DNA of 63,940 nt, filler included, from Hausera hauseri (GCA_046269625.1; 12 parts of 12 records of this genome joined end to end with filler, not necessarily neighbours in it); one strand, 5' to 3'. Shown: positions 49,246 through 61,887, numbered from the whole stretch's first letter. The notes: generated by a model not told the origin, from the sequence alone. Program-made: numbers and translations.

Positions 49246-49454
49246 ATTTAGCAAAAGCTGAATTCTAAAATTGTATAATTCCTCTTCCAATGAAAATTGT
49301 GTTTTGGAATTGATTCGGTTACATTCACTTGGCATTTGAACTTTTCTCGGTGGTGCCACTACGGCTACGTTAAACCCACGCAGAAAAAGTTTAAGATTCA
49401 CAATTGAGAAAAATATGAATGTTAACTTTGTGCATTCCTGTCACTAATTATCAG

Positions 49455-49997
49455 TGGTTTCGACTTTCAAATTATGATCAACGGCTTTACCAATTTCAAT
49501 GTCGTCTTTTGGGAATTTCCAAATAGCATCATTGAGAATATGGCCGGCCACAAACTGAGTCTCAAAAACACCCTGAGCTCAGCCATGAAAGTTCTGAGCT
49601 TGTTGGTATTTCAGCGGTACAATGGAATAAAATGCAGTATCGATATTATTCAGTCCAAATTTGTCAAGTCCGTCGTTTGAGACTTTAGATGTGTACGCAT
49701 CATACATGGTCATATGACCCATTTTGGAAGCTGGAAGAGTAGCATATATCGGACAACGGAGTTCACATCTCCCTACAGAATAAGCTAAAGTTCCTAAATG
49801 ACAAACATCAGACTGTGATAAAAGAATGGCATCTGTCTTTTTTGGCGCACTTGGCTACTTGATTTTTATACAAATCACTAAGATTTGAGTCCCATCCAAA
49901 GTCGAAAAATGAAAATTATCCATCTGTGAGAGATGAAAATGGGTCCAATTTCGCTTGTTCCGGTGAGAGCATGTAAAGCGATTATTGAAGTTGCCAT
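49455..49997 (-). pseudogene. CPSF2: CPSF100 N-terminal metallo-beta-lactamase fragment, intronless, with frameshifts and a stop
   Basis: Not in the ORF track. Reads MATSIIALHALTG..DFGWD..DAILLSQSDVCHLGTLAYSVG..CPIYATLPASKMGHMTMYD..IDTAF..LKYQQ..AGHILNDAIWK..AVDHN, collinear with CPSF2. Confidence 0.88.
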
Positions 49998-50519
49998 TTT
50001 GTCGCCATACTAGCAAAAGAAAAATTCCAAACTCGTTGCGAAAGACATGTTTATTCCCAACTGAAATTCTTTAATAAAAATCGGCAAACACAAAATTCTG
50101 AAGTGGTATTCACAGCTGAAATCAAAATGTCAAATTGAAAATTCTTTTAAATTCAAAAGAACACAAAAATCGTTTATTGTTTTAAACAAGATTTGCATCA
50201 ATTTATTTCTTTTTCAAATTCTCGCCATCATAATCAATATTCAATAAAAAAACGTCATCACCGAATTGCGGTTTCATCGGCACACTTTCATCGGACGTGG
50301 AAACATCGTTCCGTTAATTATCAGAAATAGNNNNNNNNNNNNNNNNNNNNNNNNNNNNNNNNNNNNNNNNNNNNTTAATTAATTAANNNNNNNNNNNNNN
50401 NNNNNNNNNNNNNNNNNNNNNNNNNNNNNNCAAATCTGCCGAATTTCCACCTCACGTCGAAACTAAATTCTCACCGGAATCATACTGTCGTTTTTACGAA
50501 TTGCTTTTTGTTATAGATC

Positions 50520-52150
50520 AGTTATCGCTAAAGACGATGAAGACATTGGTAGAGCTAAAGCCTTAAGATTAACAATTCCACTTAAGAAAAAGCTTCGGTC
50601 GAATGATGAAATCGATTTAGAAGATTAAAAGATGTCAAAATGGTATCCTCTTTGGCACTCATTAATACCTGAGATAACAAAGGAAGTTGAACGTATGTTA
50701 AAGGCCGACATAATTAGATCAAGCTATAGATCTTGGTATTCGCCCATACTTATGGTCAAAAAGAAAGGTACGACAAAACATCGATTTTGTATCGATTATC
50801 GAGCGTTAAACACCCTTATGATGAAGGATTTCTTTCCATTACCATCAGTGAAAGAAGCCTAGATAGGCTAGCCGGAGCAAAACGGTTTACTACGCTAGTC
50901 TTCAATCCGGATACTGGCAAGTGGAAGTAGAGGATGAAGACCGCTACAAAAGCGATTTTAAAACGCACGACGGTGTATATGAATTTATTGTTATGCCATT
51001 CGGGATAACTGCCGGACCAGCCATCTTTACTCGAATGATGAACAAAATACTTATGAGACTGGAACACGCGTTCGCGTACTTGGACGACGTAATCATCGCG
51101 TCAAAAACGGAAGAGGAACACTTAAAAGATATCGAAGACACGCTCATGAGAGTGGAACAAGCAGGATTGAAACTGAATCCTAAGAAATGTAAGTGGTCTA
51201 AAAATGTAGTATCGTATCTTAGACATATAGTTGGAGAAGGTGGATCGAAACCCGATAATTCATTCTTAAACAAAATATCGGACCGTATGGAATCTCAGAA
51301 TCATAAGGAATTAAGACATTTGTTAGGTCTATGTGGTTATTATGCCACTTATTTACCAGACATTTAGAAAATAAATGCACCTTTGTATCGTTTACTTAAA
51401 AAAGAAGTTAAATGGAAATGGACCGACGTCGAACAAAAAGCTTTCGATGAAATGAAGAAAATCTTAATCAGCGAACCAGTTTCAAGATATCCTGATTTTA
51501 ACCCACCGTTTATAATTAAAACTGACGCCAGTAAAGAAAGCATTGGATAGTGATTAGCCCAGAAACGAGACGATGAAGAGCTAGAGCATCCAATCGCTTA
51601 TGGAGAACGATCACGAAAGAAAGCTGAGAAAAACAAATCGGTTACGGTATTAGAAACGCTAGCTGTAAAGGAAGTTTTACTACATTTAACGTTTGTGTTA
51701 CCGACCACAAAGCTGTTACGACCTTAAAGGGTAGAGCAAATAATCCATTATGTAGACTCAATAGATGGATCGAAGAGATTTCACGATATAATATTGAATT
51801 TCAATATAAACCCGGAAGCAAACATGTCGACGCCGATGCACTATCATGAATCAAAACTAAAATAAGCGCAATTACTGTAATGAGAAATGCTCAACTTGAA
51901 GAACTAGTAGACTGGCAACGAGCTCTAACATTGAATAAAGCAATTAAAATTTCAGTTGAACAAAAGGACAAAGTTATACAGCAGATCATCGAGTTTGTCG
52001 AAAATTATATAACGCCAAAAGGCCACCAACTATGGAAACATTTGCAAAGACATGATCATAAATATTGCGTAACAGGAGACAAAAGCCATAAAAATGTATT
52101 GTATTATGAACGAAAAGGATGAAAATTAGTAATCGTACCAAAGGATTATG
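50520..52150 (+). mobile_element. Ty3/Gypsy (third family) RT-RNase H, integrase core deleted
   Basis: SPILMVKKK..RFCIDYRALN, MPFG, YLDD, IKTDASKESIG, TDHK, HVDADALS. Breaks off after KLVIVPKD. Confidence 0.92.
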
Positions 52151-52439
52151 GACGGACCATTGACCAGTCAACCTCAAATCGAACACAAACGATTCTTCCA
52201 AAAAGGCAACAGACAAAGTTAAACCTAAAGAAATCAAAACCATAGAGCCCCAAAAAGAACAAAAGACAAAACTCTCTCTCTTCGAATACATAATCAGAAA
52301 GAAAAGTAAGACCAGTAATAACCACGTAGAAGAAATGAATCCATCTACCAGCAGTCTCACATCTAATGCTAAAGAAGAAATGATAAGCCCTAAGGTTAAA
52401 TCGAAACGATAGAAAGCCAAAGAACCCCACGAACAAAAA

Positions 52440-53066
52440 ATGAAAATCTGTCGTTATGAACTTCCGAAAACAGAAGTGAATGTTCTCAGAAATAATTGGG
52501 AAGAACCAGACCCTATAGTAGTAACAGACTTCGGTCAAGTAAAGGAATACACCAAAATGTTTGTCATGATCGAATATTACAGTAATGGCAAAACTAAAGA
52601 AGCAATATCTTACGTCTCCACTGTCCCAAGGAGAATTGAAAGCGGAAATGGGTATGCCCAAGAAGATACAACAGATGGTAAATATTTAGCTCCAATATTT
52701 CAATCAAGAAACGGTACGAAACGACTAACTATTCCAGTAGATAGCCAAGTTCGTATTCAGTTGAAGAGACAATACAAAAGAACAGGAATGCCAGACTTAG
52801 ACAAACAAAAAATTGTAAAGTGTACTTTAGTAACCGTATCGGATGACCCCAAGAAAAGTTCCATAGACCCTAAACAAAAACAATTATACGGATATCTATA
52901 CCAGGACAAAAAGGGGCGTGTGTTCCAGCGGATTGAAGTCGATTATGACCTTGTAGATATAGATGGAGGCGAAAAGGAAGAATGCCCCATTTCTGATGCA
53001 GACCGCTATCAAGGATTTGTAGTGTTAGATAATAAGGATTTCACCTATATTGTCGGTATTGCTTAG
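52440..53066 (+). CDS. Orphan ~208-aa domain between pol and the PPT of a Gypsy element
   Basis: Intact ORF. The frame extends upstream through one TAG (52410) into a K/E/S-rich low-complexity tract. Lies about 180 nt before the PPT. Confidence 0.65.
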   Translation: MKICRYELPKTEVNVLRNNWEEPDPIVVTDFGQVKEYTKMFVMIEYYSNGKTKEAISYVSTVPRRIESGNGYAQEDTTDGKYLAPIFQSRNGTKRLTIPVDSQVRIQLKRQYKRTGMPDLDKQKIVKCTLVTVSDDPKKSSIDPKQKQLYGYLYQDKKGRVFQRIEVDYDLVDIDGGEKEECPISDADRYQGFVVLDNKDFTYIVGIA

Positions 53067-53258
53067 AAACGTGGACCCTGAAAAACGGGAAGACGACCTT
53101 CCCAGTATATAAGGCCGAAGCATACCGATTTAATTCGCGATCTCGGTGCAATGAGTCAGATTCGGAAGCGGACTTACGCTGACGAATGGACCTTTTAAGA
53201 TGCGGCACCTCTTCTGACGCAATGGGCGCATCCGAGAGTGCCGTTCAGGAAGGCGAAA

Positions 53259-54025
53259 TGTTATAGAAGGACGTAAATGGTAGAAATATACAAATGTAAA
53301 TAGAAAATGAAACCGAAAGTGAAACCGAAACTAAATACTTAGCGTTAGAAATTGAAAAGAAAAATTATTATTAATTAATCAGCTTACGTCCACAATTCTG
53401 TAGATATGAAAATAATTTATTAGGAAAAGACGATCATAAATTACTCCCACAATGATGAATGATTAATGTAATTTAAAAGAAGTTACTTACAAACTATTTA
53501 AAACCTATCGAGAAATTATTCATATCAATCGCCTCCAAATTGCCGACTACATAAGGTAGTTCAAATCACTAGAAGTCGAACATTAATAAGTAGTGAAATT
53601 GTATTTGATCGAGCTGTTGGAAAAGCTCAGATATCCAGATATTCTTGAAGATTGAAATTGTCCGAGCTATTGAAGAGCTCTACGATATTCGAATATTCCT
53701 CGAGAGATTCTGCAGTTGATATATTGAAAACTTGAAGCAATTATTGATTATTTATTGACGATTGTATCGTCTGATATTATTTATTATTGTTAATAAATAT
53801 TTGTATTCTAAAATCTTTTATAGTTTTTCGTCGCTCTTTAAAAATCTACAGATAAGACAAGACCTATTTAACCTTGCACAGGATTCACGCACATGCATGT
53901 ATCATAAACTAGTGCAAACATTCTAACGAGAACGTTAGGACTTATCTGCATTTACAAATCTTAATTTGAGTATAATTCATTGTTATAGTTGGGTGTTGTA
54001 TAGGACCCACCTTCAACCACTAACA
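53259..54025 (+). repeat. Complete LTR (767 bp)
   Basis: TGTTA...TAACA inverted termini, preceded by PPT-like AGGAAGGCGAAA, with AATAAA at ~53792, followed by TT and a PBS. Confidence 0.85.
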
Positions 54026-54027
54026 TT

Positions 54028-54044
54028 TGGCGACCCTAGGAGGA
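54028..54044 (+). promoter_or_regulatory. Primer-binding site (tRNA-Arg-type TGGCGACC)
   Basis: TGGCGACCCTAGGAGGA 2 nt after the LTR end. TGGCGACC is the start of the 412/mdg1-type PBS. Confidence 0.7.
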
Positions 54045-54164
54045 CAGTTTTCACTTGCTAGACCTTGAATTTTAGTGAAAAGTAACGACATATTAGCGAT
54101 CAGTGCTACCACATCGATAACGCAGTTAATAAGTGTCTGTAGCAGAGAAGCTGGACATTTTCAC

Positions 54165-56283
54165 ATTTGACTCTGAATCTGCCGGCGTACGACGGAGAAC
54201 CGGACAGACTTAATGAGTTCTTCAGAACCTATACATTGCACGCAGAGGGGTGCCGGCGTCGCATCTAGCGTAATGATTAAACGTTTGTCATTGTATTTGA
54301 AGAATTTTTTGCCGCTGATGCCTATAGTGAACTCACCGATGATGAAAAGAAATCTTGGTCTCCCTGGTAGGAGCCTTTAACCGAAAATTACTACGGACAG
54401 TAACTCCAAAAGAAAAACTTATGGCTTTCTAGAATATGATGCAACAGAAGGATGAATCGGTAACACAGTTTGCATTTGTACTGAAGAAACTTGCAAAAAG
54501 TTATGTGAATAGTTTACAAATAGTCAATATAGCTAAGGCTAAAGTGACGCAGAACGTGAAGCCGCAGGGAAGGCAAGCCCCTCAGATTTAGACGTCATGA
54601 TGATGACGCAGTTAATAAATGGCATCTGGTATAGAGACAGTGAAACAATTGATTTTAGTACGACAAGAGAATTTTGACAAAACCTTGCAATTAGCTCAAG
54701 ACTTAGAAATGGCATTGGATAGATATGCTATATACAATGATCGAAATGATCGTAATGATAGAAACCGGAATGATAATCGTGGTAGAGATGATAAGCGATT
54801 TAACAAAAATTATCGAAATAGAAATCAGAATAGTAATAATAATTCTAAATGTAATCGGTATGGTAACCGAAATTTTGACAATGACCGAAATAGCTCATTT
54901 ATCAAACCAAACTATAGTACAGATAGACGTTCAAATGGTCCTAGAAGTTTTAACAATGGAAACCTGTATAATGATAATCGAAATTATGATAATCGTCAGA
55001 ATGGGGAAAATAGACAATGAAAATTTGAAAGCAATCTACGGTAAAGAGCCTAGCATGATTATCGAAATACAAGATTTACTACGTTTTCTCAAAGGCCAGC
55101 CTGATACTAATGATTCCAAAGTCTTAATGGCTAGGAATGAGTATGAGCACAAGCTACGATTACTAGAAGTATATCATGGCCTTCGCCAGCCACAAACTGA
55201 ATATGAACGTTCTATAGCACTACCAAGGCTTATCGATATGGCACGGAAAAAGAATGCCCCTGCGTCTAATAAAGAGATGGAGAAACCGGAAAAGTCTCAG
55301 ACTTCGAATAAAATAGATTTAGATGCTTAACCGGAATATATGGTGAAAAAGTAAACAAAACTATAGAAGTCGACGAAGAAAAGGGATTTATAGAACCGCC
55401 AATACTTAAAATTACAAAGAATAGAGGCCGAAACCCATCATTTATGCGGAAACGTAAAGATCGTTTACGATCTCCCATGAATAAGGAAAAGACAGGCATA
55501 GTAAAAGAAACTGAAATCGCCCTAGAAAGCGACGTAGAGATCACTTTAAATACCGCGGAAAGTGCTTTAGTCACCCCAGTTGAAATAGAAGAGTTAGCAA
55601 AGTCTAAATGAAATAAATGATACATTCCCATTACCTACTAGAGAAGAATAGACAGAAAAAAGTGAGAGGTTTAATCCAAACTGTGGAAAATCAGACGTTC
55701 ACGGAAAAATGCTGATGAATTAAAGAGAATGAGAATTAATTGCTTCGACCCAGACGTATTGTAACAGAATCTGGAGAAACTTAAAGGGATGAGCCAACAA
55801 GTAGACATTTCTGGAAAACAGCAGCAGTTTGTGGAAAGATTATACAAAAAAATGAAACTATATAGTGCAGGAAACCTAAGCGAAGCTATAGACCTAGAAC
55901 AACCTGAAGAGATGTCACCAGAAACGTTACTAAAATGGATACACGAATTAGAAACATGGATAAAAGTGGAGTAAAACTTCCCGAGACGTGGGATAAACAT
56001 ACCGAGAATGTTGATGCACGAATAAATAAAGCTCAAGCATTATGGATTACATTAGAGGCCAATCCGAAACTAAAAAGGGTAACGCGTAACCTGGAGCGCA
56101 TCATGAATGAAATTAGATTCGAAATGGTTGAGAGGCTCAAAGAAAGACCAGTCAAGGAACGAAACCAAATTGATCTGGAAATGTTGGGCATAGACTCGCT
56201 GGATATCCCACCCTTAATCGAGATAATAAAAATTGCTTCCACCGCATGAAAACTATATACAAGTCTGGAAAATCGTATTAAGA
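54165..56283 (+). pseudogene. Gypsy gag with N/R/D-rich tract and long C-terminal extension, degenerate
   Basis: LPAYDGEPDRLNEFFRTY, QQKDESVTQFAFVLKKLA (MHR-like) and FDKTLQLAQDLE, located right after the PBS. Confidence 0.8.
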
Positions 56284-57285
56284 NNNNNNNNNNNNNNNNN
56301 NNNNNNNNNNNNNNNNNNNNNNNNNNNTTAATTAATTAANNNNNNNNNNNNNNNNNNNNNNNNNNNNNNNNNNNNNNNNNNNNAGAGGAAAAAGGAAAGG
56401 ATTGTTGGTGTTAGCCAGAATAATAGAATATCCGTGGAATTCCAGGATGAGAATTGAACTAAAATTGTCAAAAAAAGTAATAGGAAGTTTTACTCAAGGA
56501 AAGATGAAAACATTAATTCGGAAGGTTATTTAAATTAATTAATTAAAAGCAAATGCCGTTATTTTTCGTGTACATTTTGTTATACAATAAATCTTAATAA
56601 ATGAAAATTGAATTACCTTTAATTATGTTTATCTTATTTGAATTAATGGTTTATCTTAGAATAATTTATATTGCAGATCAGCGGTTTTAACCATTCATGA
56701 ATTGTCATTTTATATGGAATTTCTAGACGATCAAATTGGTCGTTTCATCAGATACCAGACGTACTGTGAAATATTGGTCATTTAATCGTCAATAATAAGG
56801 AGAAAGAGGGCAGACAATTAACTTTGCCGTACCGTTCTCGATCTCAACCGACCTTCAAATACTGCTTTTGAATTCGATCGTTGCCAAAAGACCCATGCAA
56901 CAAATTAACGATTTGTGAATAGTAGAGTTTAATAATAAGCCCTTAATGTTCCATCATCATAATTAATTAGGCATAATCCTTTGATAATTTCATATTTGGA
57001 TCATTTCATGCCATGTTAAATTTCTAAGAATTATGAAAATGAAGTTTTACGTACTAATATATATCTGGCAGTCAGTGCCGGATTAACCAGGGCGCAGGTG
57101 GCGCAACTCTGAGCCGGGTCTCCGAACTCTGGAGTCCTCTTAGTCTAAATCAAAATTACTTTTTAAATGTATTCGATACTGATGGATCTGAGTTCAGACC
57201 TGAGTTCTGGATTTGATGCAATGGGTCCGACGGTTCCGACCCGTTTGTTTACGTTGTGAATTAGCATACTTTATAAAGCAAGATA

Positions 57286-57532
57286 GTTGCGGAGTCATTT
57301 ACGAATATTCACGAATCATGATCAGGACTTTTCGTGAATTATTTTAAAAACTAGTTAAAAAATTATTTAATTGCCCCTTTGTCATCGTCTACGCTTAACT
57401 TGCTTAAGTCTACTATTTGGATCGGAGTTAGGGTTAGGGTACGGTCGTATGGATTAGGGACAGGGCTAAGGTTACGATCAGGATTTTGCGACATTCGTTA
57501 CCATATCGTTACACTTATGGCGACTCCACAAC
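57286..57532. repeat. Small inverted-repeat-bounded insert with degenerate TTAGGG repeats
   Basis: GTTGCGGAGTC (57286-57296) and GACTCCACAAC (57522-57532), 10/11 inverted match. Internal GTTAGGGTTAGGG..TTAGGG. Confidence 0.5.
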
Positions 57533-58240
57533 AGGCTTACATTAAATAATATGCTATGCATTAAGTACTGAGTTCTGTGTTCGACAATGTGCTTAAATTG
57601 AACTTTATTGAAGTGTAAATCTTAAGTTTAAAATTAAGTCTAATGTACATTTTTTGTAGGTTAATACTATGCTTAAAAGCTTAATTTATCTAGCCCCTTT
57701 TTGTTCAAGATGGAATTGCATATCTAGTTTTCTAACCGATATATAAGGATAAGGTATAAGGATGTTCCATTAAATACCAAAAAAGAAAAAAAGATTGTAT
57801 TAATTTGTGCAATTCATATTGATTAATAAATTTAATATACATATTTAATAATTTAAAGCTTGATTTGCCTACTTCATTTGTTGTCTATTTACGTCTTCGA
57901 GTTCATTCCACTCAAGATTTAGATGAATCATTTAATTTATTTAAAGTATTTTTGTTGGTAATAATAAGTCTTTTCTTTTTATATTTGGATTTTTCTGTGT
58001 CAGAATGACTTATGTAAAACGCTTTGTAAGTTTTGCCCAGAAAAGAAAACTTAAAGCCAAAGAGGAGATATACATCCAGAAAGTTCCAAAAATCAGTGAA
58101 TTTCATTCTGCTCATTTGTCTGATACTCCTGTGGAACTTTCACCGAAGCTGCTGGAAATTCCGCTGTAATTGAAGCCTATCCTGAAGGTAAAGCATATGC
58201 CGAAACTCCTCCAACATCTGTTGATGCTTCTTCAAATCCG

Positions 58241-60345
58241 TTGACTACTGCAGATACCAATTATTCTTTTTCTGTGAGGTTTCCTGCTCTTTGGAACACT
58301 GCTGATTACCAAATTGTTGATTATTGGATTCTGTGTGGACCTGAAACGTGTAGGAATCATGATGGCAACTACACCAAATCATCCAGGATCATACATAAAA
58401 TAAATAGGAATGTCAATGTTTCGGCATTTATGAAAACTCTTCCGCCCGGTGAAACGAAGCAGCGGAATTGGTTGCTGTATTCGCAGTTGATTGATCGTGT
58501 TTTTTGTTTTGTTTGCCTATTATTTCCCAACAGTCAATCATGTTTGACAAAAGATGGATTCGGTGCATGGAATCACATAAATAGACTTTCAGAACATGAA
58601 GTATCTGCTGATCATTGGCGACCACTGACTCAGTATTCCATTCGAGTGGCTAACAAAGAGACATTGGATCGTGTACTAGTTAAAGAACATGAAAAAGAGG
58701 AACATTATTGGAGAGAAGTCCTGAAACGTATTGTGCCTACTGTGAAATTTCTGGTTGGTCGAGGTTTAGCATTTCGTGGATCGGTTGAGAAATTTGGCAA
58801 CCTTAGAAACGGAAACTTATCCAATTTTTAGCAGGTTATACTGAAAGGTATGGTAATTCAGGACGAAGTCAATCATCAATCGTCCTTCCACAACATGTGA
58901 TTAATTTATTGAACTGATGACTAGTCACGTAAAGAATACAATCCTTGACAAATTGAAGATTGCAAAGTACTTCTCGTTCACTGTAGACTCCACTCCGGAC
59001 ATCAAACATGTCGATCAGTTAACTTTTACTATTCATTATGTTTCAACTAATGGTGTTCCAATTGAGATATGTCTACTGTTCGTTCCTATTGCTTCTCATA
59101 ATGGTGAAACTTTGTACCAAGTCCTCAGAACAACATTTTAAGATATTAGAATATCTTTGGGTGACTGTGTCGGACAGACGTATGACAACGCCTCCAACAT
59201 GTCCCGAATTTAAAACGGAGTTCAAGCTAAAGTGCTCAGTGATAATCCCAGAGCAGGTTTCATCCCATGTATGGCTCATTCTCTAAATCCTTCTGGTAAT
59301 ACTGCAGTAGAATTCTGTGTCCAAGCAATTACTTTCTTCGGAGCTGTACAGAAATTATACGTGTTTCTAATTCGCCATGGAATGTACTCAGGGAGAAGTT
59401 GAAAACTACTGGTGGTGATGGATCTGTTCCTAAGCGGCTGAGTAAAACTCGGTGGTCAGCACGTACTAATGTGCTCAATGGTTTGAACTCCAACTATAAA
59501 TTGTACCTTAAAGTTATGCAACAGATCACTAAAAACCCGTTGCAGAAGAAAACTACTCGAGTTGAGGCTGACTCAACCATCAAAGCACTGGTGAAGCTGG
59601 AAACAGGTTTTCTGACAGAATTGTGGAACAGTGTTCTGAATAGAACAAACATGATCAGTAAGCTTCTCCACTCTGAAAAAGCTGATTTGGGATCTTCAGT
59701 TTGTTTTCTTAAATCACTGAGTAAGTTTGTTGGAATGCCACGGGAGGAAAACAAGTTTGAAGAGTTTGTTGAGGTGGGGAAGAAACTGTCTGGATCTTCA
59801 GATTTCTCTGAGAAGCGGACAAATTACTACCGGCGAACTGCAGATGATCAAAGTGCTCAAGGCGTCACCATATCCAACTCAGAAGAATTCCGAATATTCA
59901 CTTTCTTGGTGATTATTGATTACCTTTTTATTAATCTACACAAGAGAATCAAAGCGTTCGCAAAGGTCTCGTTCTTGCGATACACTGACGTAGAAGTAGA
60001 TGTTTCTTTGAACGGAGTCGTAGATTTCTACTCCAAAGATGCAGAAAATGTGAACACAGTTGAGAATGAATGGTTTCAGTGGGGATCACTGCTTAACAAC
60101 TTCAAGGTTACTGACTGTTGAGTTCCCGAAATGCTCAATACCTACATTCACCTTTGTCTCTATTTGACTTTCCCTGTGACGAACTGTACCAGTAATATTT
60201 CCTTTACTCACCCAAAACTCATTAAATCTGCTCTAAGATCAGCACAAATACAAGAGACCAAATAACCTATCTCTGTTGAACATTGAAAGTGAATTGCTTC
60301 ATGATGTCTGTTGCTTAGCAAAATGTAGAAAGGGATCCTACTGAT
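58241..60345 (+). pseudogene. hAT transposase, frameshifted
   Basis: TTF-type zinc finger WLLYS..VFCFVCLLF..HE.S..H, LAFRG..NGN, VDSTPDIKHVDQL, YDNASNM, PCMAHSLN, TRWS and a dimerisation-domain remnant PVTNC. Confidence 0.93.
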
Positions 60346-60824
60346 TTAATTTGTATATGTCAATATCATGTGCAAATACTGTACATTTTTGTGTCTGTCT
60401 TCGTCAAAAATATTATAATAGAATTTTATGTTGAAAATCGATTTTATGACATTTGAGGGGCCTCATTTTCAAAGTGCGCCAGGGCCTCAAAAGTCTTAAT
60501 CCGGCTCTTCATATGGTACTTTGATGAAAATTGTTTTTTTTTGCAAACGGAACTGAAATTATGTTACTATTTGCATGATTGTTTTCAAGGTCAAAACTAA
60601 CGTTTATGTATAACAGAGGTCTTCAGCAATTGCTTACCCCGACATTTCTAGTATATTTTAGCGAGTACTGAAAGCATGAAACTCTAGGGTTATTAGGGTA
60701 TGATTAATCCGCTCGCAACAAAAAGAAGGACGTCTATCCGACCCTCGACCCCAAAAGCTGTTGAGGATCATTAATGTGGAAATTTCAATAATGATTTGGA
60801 AGTTATCTGTATATATAGGATTTA

Positions 60825-61230
60825 AGATGTCTCCGGTTTTAACTCATAAAATTGTCGAACTTTTTCAACTGTTTCGTCGTCTTGAACTGTTGGTCTTCCT
60901 GTTCTTGCCTCGTTATTCTCATGTAGTGATCCAGTTTCGAAAAATTTATCCATCATTCGTCTCACAGTGTTTTCATTCAATAAGTTTCTCGATCGATACT
61001 TCGTATTGAAGATTTTTGCCGTTTGACAATAATTTTTTCTATTTGTGTACCAAATATGAAGGATTTCTCATTGTTGCCGAATCGTATATCTAACCATTTT
61101 TAAATAAAAATAGAAAAAAAGAAATACAAAGCACGCTTTTAAAACAAAATATTTATGCATTGGAAAGAAGAGACCAATTACTAATCAAAACTGTAACAAA
61201 AGTACTCGGCAATACTTTTGGTCAACCCTG
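60825..61230 (-). mobile_element. Tc1/mariner-superfamily left end and transposase HTH N-terminus
   Basis: TA followed by CAGGGTTGACCAAAAG at 61230. MVRYTIRQQ*EIL..TVRRMMDKFFETGSLH..TGRPTV..ETVEKVR from 61097. Confidence 0.75.
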
Positions 61231-61339
61231 TATATGTGTACAATATCGAAAACATTATTTATCTTCTAAATGTCCCGGTAAATCTGAAACATTCTGGCAC
61301 CTAGCAACGCCGTATTAAAGAGAACCAACAATTAATTTG

Positions 61340-61887
61340 GGCACGTAAATGAACCAGATAAATTCGTTATAACTTCTTTATTTTCTAACCGAAGCTTATC
61401 GGATTTTGTTTCTTCTCGACATCGTTTGTACAAACTGTGGCACGTTTTCGGGATCCCGGTGATTGTAAAAATTCCTTACGTTAATTTTCTCAATGGTTTT
61501 GCTCGACAAGTCCGTCCATCTTTCTGGGAAATTACAACTAGCGACAATCGTCACTAATTCTGATAAATGATTTTTGATTATCGATTGACTACTGAACATA
61601 AGATCGATAATATGTTTTCGAACGTAAACTCGATCGTTTTCGGAAATAACATTGTCTATATTGTGATTGACTTTCCAATTTTGTTTGACGAAATTCTTAA
61701 ATGCAATTCTAAAGGAAATTTTCACGTTCTGATTACATTTACTGGTGATAATTTGGGAGATTGCTTTGGTAAAACTGTTGACCTTTTCCATTTGAAATAA
61801 TAATTCTTCGGCTGGTTTCCGAATTTCATTTGACCAGCACATAGGCGAATCCAAGCGTTGTGATGAATGGTTAACTGCATTCGACAT
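61340..61887 (-). pseudogene. CSE1L: Exportin-2 (CAS/CSE1) N-terminal fragment, intronless, frameshifted
   Basis: IRKPAEELL, AFKNFVKQNW, DRVYVRKHIIDLM.SS..IKNHLS, FPERWTDL. After a frameshift it reads GILKTCHSLYKR..ETKSDKL. Confidence 0.85.

Larger units (their letters stand above)
57073..60509 (+). mobile_element. hAT transposon (Tip100/ZMYM1-like), full span between TIRs
   Basis: TIRs CAGTGCCGGATTAA (57073-57086) and TTAATCCGGCTCTT (60496-60509), 12/14 match. No clear 8-bp TSD. Confidence 0.85.

Noticed and set aside
48463-49401. A genuine 312-aa importin-alpha gene
   Set aside because: Only the central ~185 aa are importin. The IBB and C-terminal ARMs are replaced by unrelated sequence and conserved residues are mutated.
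57065-60517. 8-bp target-site duplication of the hAT element
   Set aside because: The flanks CTGGCAGT and CATATGGT do not match.
48685-61887. Importin-alpha plus its exporter CSE1L as a linked nuclear-transport module
   Set aside because: They are on different contigs separated by linkers and both are fragments, so co-occurrence cannot be interpreted.
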